Shown here in pieces: positions 51,286-64,000 of a stretch of DNA of 64,000 nt. Below the pieces are notes generated by a model. It searched no databases and was not told the DNA's origin. It was given only the letters and a program-made list of their open reading frames with translations. The stretch is from the human T2T-CHM13v2.0 reference genome, Homo sapiens. The stretch is from the NCBI RefSeq assembly GCF_009914755.1, contig NC_060926.1; one strand, written 5' to 3'. Every line of letters begins with the position of its first letter. Position 1 is the first letter of the stretch. Both the position numbers and the translations under genes were made by a program.

Positions 51286-51659
51286 CTAAACAAACAAACA
51301 AAAAAACAAACAAACAAATCACACACATGAGATCAAAGAGATGAGGGCGTGACAAGAGGGCCATGGAGCACAAATTCAGGGGACCCAGGTGGCTGGTGTG
51401 GAGCCCTCATGATGGGGCCGAGCACCACTCTCAGAGAGGCTGAGCATCCATTGTTAATCAGGGCCCTCACTTTGTGCAAACCAGATTTGGGAACCAATGG
51501 TCTTGGGAGCAGAGGGAGACACAGGAAAGAAAGCAGCACACTCAGAGCCCCTCCAGGAGCACAAGGGAGTTTCTGGGAAGAAAGGAAGAGGGGAAGAGTG
51601 ATGGCCAAGCTCAGGGATAGGAACCAGGATGGAAAGGACTCAGCACCAGAGCACAACCC

Positions 51660-51990
51660 TCAATTCTACCATCAGCTTGATGACCTTAGACAGGTCACAT
51701 CGGTTTCAGTTTCCCTATCTGCAAATGGGGTGACTGCCCAGTCAACAGTGATGGTCACTACAAGGGCATTAAGGTATACAATGAAAATCATGAGTTTGTG
51801 TCTGACGGGCCCATGTTCAAATGCTGGCTCTGCCACTCACCGACTGTTTACTTATGCTTTGATACTCAGTTGCCTCAGCTGCAAAATCGGCAGAGTAATG
51901 CCTACTTCCCTGGGTTGCAGTGAGGAGGAAAATGGATAGTATTGATAGTGTGCTTTAGCTGAGGGCCCAGCACACGGCAAATGGCCCCAA
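51660..51990. mobile_element. MIR relics
   Basis: tgacctt...cagtttccctatctgcaaatgggg and ctggctctgccact signatures. Confidence 0.65.
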
Positions 51991-52219
51991 AGAGTAGGTA
52001 TTATTCCAGAGGTGCTCGTGCCCTCCAGCCACCTCAAGTAATGAAAGTTCACAGGCTTTGAAATTGTCAAGTGTTTCAGGGCACTGACCGGTGTCTTATA
52101 AACCCTTCCCACTCTACTTTCCAATGGCCACTTGGACTGGGTTGCAAAGCTCAGCGCATTCCAGTTCTCTAACCTCGGTGGGGGAGGCCTACTGCTCGGC
52201 CCCCAGGCTCCGGGATCTA

Positions 52220-52528
<309 letters not shown>

Positions 52529-53366
52529 CTAGATCCAATGCCCCGGGGTCTGGGCTTGCTCCAGTGTCCCCCAGCCAGGGGCTGCATTTCCTGATGGTTT
52601 TCTAGGAGGAGGAGGCTGCAGCCATGTTACTGAGCAGCTTGGCTGCCACCCCTAGACCTGGGCTCCCATCTAGCCCCAGCTGCTGAGATGACTGTCTGCC
52701 CCTACACTCTCCCACAATGCAGAGCTCCCCAGAGACCAGTGTCCTTAGAACCAAAAGACGGGCGAAGCAGGGGAGCTGTCAAGGATTCTCAAACTTGGTC
52801 AGCCCAGGGATTGCCAAGGACACTAAGGGGTATTGGGAACCACATGCTGATGTGAAACCCTCCACTGGCGGCCTTTCTCCTCAGTTTTATCTCAACTTCT
52901 TCTGCTCTCTGCCCTGGTCCTAGCCCCTTTGCTTACCTCTCCGGACACTCTGCCTAGGTTTCCCCTCCTGCCACCCTAACAGTGGGCTTCCCAGCAGTCA
53001 CTGTCCCTCCACCCCAAGCTGTGGGGACAGAGCTCAATGTTAGTCACTACTGTCTTGGCAGCTGAGCCTTCTAGGAAGCAAGATAAGCTTGCCACTGCCC
53101 AAGACCTTCTCCCACAGCCATAGCTTCCCCCAGGGAATGGCAGACCCTCAGAACACAAAGCCCTTGGTATAAGCCTCTGAGCTCATGCTCTACCGATCCT
53201 GCGAAGGGGAACAGTGTTTGCTGCTTTCTGTCTCAGGCCATTCATGGAAACTTTCCAAAAGTTTTTTCATCCAAGGAATCTTAAATGAGCTGCTGATATA
53301 ATGTGAAAGATGATGGCAGGAAGGGCCCTGGCACTCTACCTCAAGGGGCACGGCAGATACATTTTA

Positions 53367-53645
<279 letters not shown>

Positions 53646-53706
53646 TCACCTACAATTAAGCCTAGAAATGAGGGAAAAAGCTAAATGGAAAAACCAAAAT
53701 ACATAC

Positions 53707-53859
53707 AGGAGGTTTGATGCCGGTGAGGAACCTGCCAGTGACAAAGCCACCAGCCCTGGGGGTGAACTCATAAGGCTCAAAGCAGGGCAGTGACTTGCCA
53801 GACGCCATCAGCGGGGGTCTCCGACCTTCCAGTTCAATCTGGCCCAGCAGGCACGAGAT
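53707..53859 (-). CDS. POLR1A: POLR1A coding exon (approx. exon 20), [16 protein letters not shown]...FLTGIKPP
   Basis: ctccag acceptor, gtatgt donor, 153 nt. Confidence 0.96.
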
Positions 53860-54237
53860 CTGGAGGACAGGAAATCCACAGGAAACTGAAGATCCACATG
53901 TGTGTTTAACAGTGCTTTGTCCCAGCAGGGAAAGTATAATCTGACCTTGAAGAAAAGCTGCATGGAAACCGAGTTCTTGAAGGCTAACCTACATTTCTAA
54001 ACAAACCAGGAAGCCTTCATTTTAAGAAAAAAAAAATACCTTCCTTTGGTTGACTGATCTGGATTTTCACATTTGGGGTCAGTTGAAAATGGGTGCTCTC
54101 TATAAAAAGAGCCATGTCTCAGAACCATCTCATGTTATACCTGTAAAGGACTGGAGGGTCCTGATGGGGAAAGAGAGGCCTGCAGGAAACAGCCATTTAT
54201 TGCGATCCTCACATTCTAGAGCCAAAAGGGAACTCAG

Positions 54238-54957
<720 letters not shown>

Positions 54958-55254
54958 TTACGTAAAAATTGTGTGAGTATACATAATTTATCTATATAAC
55001 GTGAATATATGTAATAGTACAGTTTGTAAATTTGTAATATATATCTACGTTATACATATCCCATCTGCATATTCATAACTACATCTGCCTTTAACATTGG
55101 CATGTTAACAGTGGTTAGCTCCTGTAGTGATTTCTACACGCTTTCCTCTTTTTACTTGTCATGTTTTATAGGGAACAAACTGAAACCACCTCCTGCTATC
55201 CCCCACCTGCCTTTGCTGACACCTGTAAAGCTGCCAACCCGCCTCTGCACATAC

Positions 55255-55353
55255 CTGCATCGTGTTCACAGTTGAACCTTTGGCTCCCGACTGCACCATC
55301 ATCTGCAGGCTGTTCTCTGGGAACTGTCTGTGTAGGCCAAAAGGCATGCATGC
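55255..55353 (-). CDS. POLR1A: POLR1A coding exon (approx. exon 19), [33 protein letters not shown]
   Basis: ctgcag acceptor, gtatgt donor, 99 nt; conserved SGAKGS motif. Confidence 0.97.
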
Positions 55354-56922
55354 CTGCAGATTAAATCAGCACAGTGGTCAGTGACTTCACCTTCTTTAAA
55401 AATCCCAGAATCAGGATGTAAATCCAGGAAGCAGAAGCAATACAGCCAGAATATTTATTCAGACCTAAGTACCAAATCCCACTCGAGGTAAGAGAAAGCC
55501 TCATTCAGCATTAATCCTTCCCTGGAACCCCTGAGAGGTCAAACAGGTGCTCCCTGCCCTGCACTCGCTGGACTTCCTCTGCCAGGATCCCCGAGGTTTC
55601 ATTCATTGGCCAAAGAGCAGCAAAAAGGGAGAAGGAAAAGGAGAAGTAGAGGGGCTGGCAGATCCAGTTCGTGATTCTAAAAAGAAGCTGGAGAAGAATA
55701 AAATTTAAGGTGATGCCCTTGATTCGCCCAGCAGAGCCTGGCCTGGGTCCTCTCCCAGCGTGAATACCAACATCCGCATCATGTCACATTTACGAACATG
55801 CCACCCAAGCCCCATGTAGGAAGCTCTGTCTTGGCTCAAGAGCCAGCAGAACCAAGTATGCCCCTTCAGGGGGATCCTGGGGAGATGCTGAGAAGGGGGC
55901 TCTGAGTCTGGGGCTTCTAGCCTGTGCCTGGAATTCCACAGACTTGGCCCAACACAGGAGAGGCAGAGCCTGGGTGGGCGGAGGTGGTGGGAAGAGGGCA
56001 ACTGGAGGGACAAGAAACCATTCTGAGATGCATCTGAAGACAACTTCCCTACTCCTAGCATCCCCAGTCAGCCCTAGAAGCTGAGCTTCCTGGTTCTCAG
56101 GGAGGTGCTAGGAAAGCTCCTGTCAACAAAACCCCTCAAGGATGGAACCTGTCCCCATGAGAAGTCGGTCTTCTCAGCAGCCTAAGGGATGCTAAAAGCC
56201 AGGCAAGAGAGCACTACAGACGAACTTTGACTTTTGATGAGTGTTGGCATTGCCTCCTCCTCCCCACTCCTCAGGCTGGGCCCCAGGGCCCAGGAGGCAG
56301 GGTGAGGGCCAGGCCAGCTCCTCCAAGCAGCAGGATGGAGAACCCTGGCTCTGGGGCAGAAAGGCAGAGAAAAGCAGGCTGTGGTTTCAGCTCATGCAGA
56401 GATTTCCCCTCTCCTTTCTCAACTGCCCAGGAACTGGCTTGGCATTGTGTACTAGTAGCTCCTGAAGCCTCTCTGCAGCCCTGTGAGGTGGTGCCCCTCA
56501 CAGCCCCACTTCCAGGTGAGGAAACCAAGGCAGGGACTGGTTATCTCACTTGCCCAAGGTCACACAGCAAGTTCAAGGCAGAGCCAGGACTGGAACCTGA
56601 GCCTTCACTCCTGGCTCCGCTGCATGAGCAGCCAGGGCGATCCGGGTCCCTCACCCTGCTTATTCACCCCTGGTGGCCCCATTCAGCCCCTTTAATGCAG
56701 TCACCCCAAAATAAAAACATTTATAAAGAAAAACAGCACAAAGCATTCTCTCTTGGCACTATTCTGAGGCCTGTATAGACCCTAACTGGGGCAGGGAACA
56801 AAGCCCTGGGCCCTTCAAAACAACGAGTTCTACCCATCCCACCTCGCATCTCACCTAGTCAGCTGTTCAACAGCCAAGGTGCTCTGTAGGGCCCAGGTGA
56901 GAATCAAAATGTAATTTTTTTA

Positions 56923-57132
<210 letters not shown>

Positions 57133-57135
57133 CTA

Positions 57136-57366
<231 letters not shown>

Positions 57367-57999
57367 TCAGGCCTGATTTCTCCCACCAGACTAAACTCAG
57401 TAAGGCCAGAGCACAGAGTCCAGTGCCACAGATGCAGGAAATACCTGAGTAAGGAAGATGATATTAACATCATTATTAACAGATTGCCACCATCTCTTAG
57501 GTGCTTACCAGAGCCCAAACCTTATAATCCCCATTTTACAAATGACAAAACTCAGGCTCAAAATTGGGCTACTTTCCCATGGTCGTATGGGTAGAAAGTA
57601 AACCCAGGCCTGGGTCCCAAATTCATGTTCTTAGCCACCAGCTATACTATCTCCACTCCATAGACATGTGTTGGATGAATAGGCTGAAGGTGAAGAAGAG
57701 GTTTTGGATGAAAAGATAAGCTCAGGGAAAAAGAGAGAGAGAACATCTCAGTCTGGGGTCCCAGAAGTCACATGTCACAGGGGCCACCCTATATAGCTGA
57801 GTATACCTGTGTAGGCACACACACAGACACACCCGAGCCTGGGTGACAAGGACCACCACCGCAGGTCCCTCAGCATTGCTTCAGGAGGATGACAGCCTGG
57901 GTCACTTCAGTGAAGCCTGCCCTTCTGGCTCAAAGGGTTGAGGAATTCCTCATCCTGGGCAGCAGTAGGTCTTTCCACATCAACTCTTGATCAAACTAG

Positions 58000-58305
<306 letters not shown>

Positions 58306-59980
58306 AAAACTAGTTCTTTTCTGCAACTGTAAGTGCTACTGGACTCAAGAGTCCCTCAGCCAAGATCTGAGTGGGAAAGAAAACAGCAGGTGTACTGTTC
58401 AAAAGATGGGGCTGAAATATTTGGAATTCCCAACGCAAGGTCCTGGAGGGCTTCTAAGAACATGTGTGAACAGAAGGGGAAAGAAACAGTTCCTCTGTAA
58501 GCAGGCCACACCGTGAAAGTGGGCATTCCCATGGGTTCAGCTACAGGCCAACTAGCTGTGCCCTTTATGGACCCCGCTAGCTGAGACGGGCTGGAGTGAA
58601 GTCAATCTCTCGCCTGTTCCCCCTTGTAGCCCCACTCCCAGCTTGGCCCTGCTTCCTTCTGCAGCCCTGAGCCTCTGGATCATCTTCACACTCAAGGGAC
58701 CAACTGCTCTTTGTACCATGCACTAAGCAGAGCTAAAGCCTGGCACCTTTGTTAAGTTTGTTCCTCATCATGAGCTGGGTGTGGGATCTTCCTCTATTTT
58801 CGTTTCAAAAGCGCTCTGATTTTTTCTAGTTAGCAGAAATCCTTGTGCTTATTCTAGGTCACCATTTGAAACTGAAATATACATTTCATGAGGTGTAGTC
58901 ATCATGCTTCACTTTCTTTGGTTATCCTGGAAGGTACTCTAGTCTGGTTCCCAACTGGAAGTGGGTGACCTTGGACCTTGAGCCCAGAAGTGGCTCAGGT
59001 CTCTTAGTGGAATTAAGATGGGGGAAGGTGAGTTTCAGCTGCCAAACAGACTTAACTTATAATCCTTATCCTGGTAAAATAATGGGACATATAAGCCAAG
59101 ATGTTTGTTCAAGGATGCTCATCCCAGCAATAATGTGAAAATCTGGACGCAGCCTAAATGTTTAATTATAGGAACTGGTTAAATAAACTACAATATATCC
59201 ATAAGAATGGAATAATCTGTAATTACCAGACATGAGGATGTAGACTTGTATTAGCTGATCCCAAAGGACATTTATAAATACATTTGGACATTTGGTGGGT
59301 GGGTGGGTAAGGGAAGTAGAGTATGTAGCGTAGGATCCCACTTTTTCCAAATGTATTTGTACTAGAAAAGTCTAGAAAAACAAACATCAAATTACTATTA
59401 GTGGTTATCTCTGACAAATGCATGCTGGGTGATTTTAAATTATCTTCATGTATGCTTTTTTTTTTTTAACCTTTCCATGATTAAATATATGATACAATTA
59501 AAATAGAATAAAATGTATAATGCAGGCCCCAGTGTGGGCCAATGAACAAACTCCAGCTGCAGCAGCTGCAGGTCCACAGGCCCTACGCTGAGACTCCCAC
59601 TCTGTCTGCACACGAGTGGGTCTGTGAAGCAAAGGAGCCTTACTTCCACCATGAACCAGACAACGCCTATGCACACTGCGGTGCATGCCTGACACGCAGC
59701 ATCTCGCGTCCCCCTAACGCGAACAGCGTGGAAGGGCTGGACCCTGCTCTGTGTACATGGAGGTGCAGTGTCCTCCATAAGCCTGGCCAGGGGCTGAGCC
59801 TTTGGACAGATCTGATCTCAAGCCCACACTAAAAGGGGCCAGGTGACTGCTTCAGGGGAGCCCCAGGGCAGTGAGCCCAGCACTCACCCAAGGTGAAGCC
59901 TCTTTATCAAAGCCATTTTCCTAAAACAGCGTGCACTCATTTCTGGGGTGCAAACAAGGTAGTTCCTCTTCGTGTCTTAG

Positions 59981-60334
<354 letters not shown>

Positions 60335-60630
60335 GGCAGTGGGCAGTTCTGACAAAAGGGAAACCCCTCTGTGGAGTGGGATGGGCCCTGAGAATTCTGA
60401 AAGGGCACTTGTGTAGCAGGGAATGGGGTTGTAAGAGTATGAGAAATCAGTCCGAGGACAGAAACCTGTAAAGGGAGGGGTTAGGAAAGAAACAGAATGG
60501 AAATGGGCACGAGGGTGCCATTCTGCACTGTGAACGGGAATAAGCACTGGCTGTGGAGGAGAGGGGTGGCCAAGTGAGGGCGCCTTTGTAGGAGGAGCCT
60601 GGTTACTTCCCAGCTCCTTCCCGAGAGGAC

Positions 60631-61853
<1,223 letters not shown>

Positions 61854-62229
61854 TCCTTTTGTGGCCTGGTTCCTAAGGCTCAGAGTTATGGGTGTGGAGC
61901 CTTATACCAGTTTGATTATCTGAAGCCACTCAGCAGTCTTGCAGGAAAACAGGACTCTGCATTGCCAAGCTTTGCATAATCAATTTCAGCCTTTTTGCAG
62001 GAGAAGCTTTCCTAAACTGCTTGTGAGTTTTATACTGAGGGTCAAATGCTGGAGATCAACCCTGAACCCTTCCGAAACAAAAGCTGACAACAACTCAGGC
62101 ACAACGCCTTCTCTTCTGAGGCACAGTACCTGCTTCTGTGAATGTGCCTCCATTTCTGTCTCCATTTTAAACCAATCTGTCTAACCCCGGCACTAGAAGT
62201 CTCCACTCCACACAGCTGGACAGCCATAC

Positions 62230-62379
62230 CTGGGACTCGCACATCGAGTCAGGGTTAAAGCCAGGAACGGATCGAGGAGTTTCCTTCACCCAGGCTTTCC
62301 CAGTGATTTTCGCCTTTCCAGATAAGTTCAGTGGGATGTGGTCCTCTGGGATTATATTTATGAGCAGCGTTGACACAAC
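62230..62379 (-). CDS. POLR1A: POLR1A coding exon (approx. exon 15), [14 protein letters not shown]...SMCESQ
   Basis: ttgcag acceptor, gtatgg donor, 150 nt, phase 0-0; frame continues into the next exon. Confidence 0.95.
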
Positions 62380-63108
62380 CTGCAAAGAAAAAGAGGACAA
62401 ACTGATGGCAAAAAGAAAAGTGATGGCAAAATGAGGACAAACTGATGGCAAAAAGAAGAGTTAAGAACTTCCCTTTTAGGACCTCCTGCCCTTGCAATGC
62501 CATTTCTGATGATCTCAGGTATGGCAAGAAAAACAGACAGGTCCACCTCCATAGGACAAGGTGATTTCAGGTTTTATTTAAACCAATGAGGAATGAAAAC
62601 AAAAAAGAACTTCACTGGGATTTTTACTCCCTAAAATAGTTCTTAAAGTGAATAATCCCCTAGACTTGAATTAAATTCCTAAATAGACCAAAGGAAGGAG
62701 AGGAAAAAGTAAATTGTTTTCATTTTATGCCACATACTCAGATATTTCTTTACTATGACTGGAATTAATTATAGCTACTGAAAAGCCAAGGAATCTTTCC
62801 CTGGCCCCAGTTGGATCCCTCAGAGGGGTCATCCACCCAACAAGCACTGCTAACAGGAAGCCAAGAGAAGCGCTTTCTCAAGCGGCTGCTCTGCAGAGAG
62901 CTCAAAGGGAGACAGCTTTATCTGGAGATAACCAGAGTTGGCTACAGAAGGGCCGAATGCAGGTGCACACATTCCCAGAGATGAAGCAGGGCAGGGGCAG
63001 ACCGGCAGGTGTGACAGGCTCCAGGGCTGGGAGACTAACTGCCATCAACAGCGCTTAGTGTGCCTGCAGCAGGCCCCACAAAGTAGTGTCTTTAGATGTG
63101 TGCAACGA

Positions 63109-63394
63109 GGGCGCGGTGGCTCACGCCTGTAATCCCATCACTTTGGGAGGCTGAGACGGGTGGATCATGAGGTCAAGAGATCGAGACCATCCTGGCCAAC
63201 ATGGTGAAACCCCATCTCTACTAAAAATACAAAATTTAGCCGGGCATGGTGGCGTGCACCTATACTTCCAGCTACTCAGGAGGCTGAGGCACGATAACCG
63301 CTTGAATCCAGAAGGCAGAGATTGCAGTTAGCCAAGATCACATCACTGCACTCCAGCCTGGGTGAGAGAGTGGAACTCTGTCTCAAGAAAAAAA
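63109..63394 (+). mobile_element. Alu
   Basis: Alu consensus. Confidence 0.92.
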
Positions 63395-63789
63395 AGAGAG
63401 TGGGCAATGGGACAGGGCAGTTATAAGAGCAGCTGCCTTTTCACCCACGTGCACCAGGAGCAGGGGACAATGGACAACAGCATTATTAAAGAGAGCAGAA
63501 AATATTCTGTTTTCTCAGCAGAAGATGACCAGAAAGGTTATGACCCACACTCTCCATGCCTCAACTCCATAGAAGGCCAGCACTGTGCGGTGAGTGGGGT
63601 GAGGGAGCAAAGGCAGGAGAGTGACACGTCCTGGGGTGCCTACTTCAAGCTGCACCTCAACCAAGGTGCCACATGCACAGTGGGGACCCCCAGGCTAGGC
63701 ATAGTCAAGACTGGAACTTGGTGTGAAAGGTAACAGAAACACACCCATCCAAGGGCAGGGAAATATGACCTGCCACTTCATCTGTAAAA

Positions 63790-64000
63790 TCAATGGGGCA
63801 GAAGAGCATTTGATAAACTCCAACACCCTTTCAGGATAAAAATACTCAACAGACTAGGAACAGACTGTCACCAACCTAATAAAGGGAGGCACCTATGAAA
63901 AACCTACTACTAACATGCTCAATGATGGAAGACTGGATGCCTTCTGCCTAAAGTCAGGACCAAGACAAGGATGTCTACGCTTGCCATTTCTATTCAACAA
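63790..64000 (+). mobile_element. Old L1 ORF2 fragment
   Basis: gcagaagagcatttgataaa...caagacaaggatgt...ttctattcaaca resembles the L1 RT region (AFDK...RQGC...LFN). Confidence 0.7.

Noticed and set aside
51349-51939. 196-aa ORF antisense within a POLR1A intron
   Set aside because: No ATG start, runs through MIR relics, no domain signature

Overview
Human-type (primate, Alu-rich) genomic DNA. The right half (35521-62379, minus strand) holds the last 20 coding exons of POLR1A (RPA1/RPA194, largest subunit of RNA polymerase I). I located them by hand from GT/AG boundaries; they splice into one open frame of 3105 nt (1034 aa plus stop) containing the bridge helix, trigger loop and acidic expander region. 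A long, repeat-rich 3' UTR probably runs from 35520 down to about 28315. The left 28 kb is intergenic and made of Alu, L1, L2, L3/CR1, MIR, MaLR LTR and MER DNA-transposon relics. No prokaryotic-style system (CRISPR, operon) and no credible novel protein-coding gene is visible. The best leads are: a duplicated splice donor that creates a candidate 33-nt poison exon inside a local duplication patchwork around one exon; inverted Alus and an L1-derived polyA signal in the 3' UTR; a 29-bp-arm intergenic hairpin; and several mechanistically unusual Alu insertions. Exon numbers assume the 34-exon model, recalled rather than checked.
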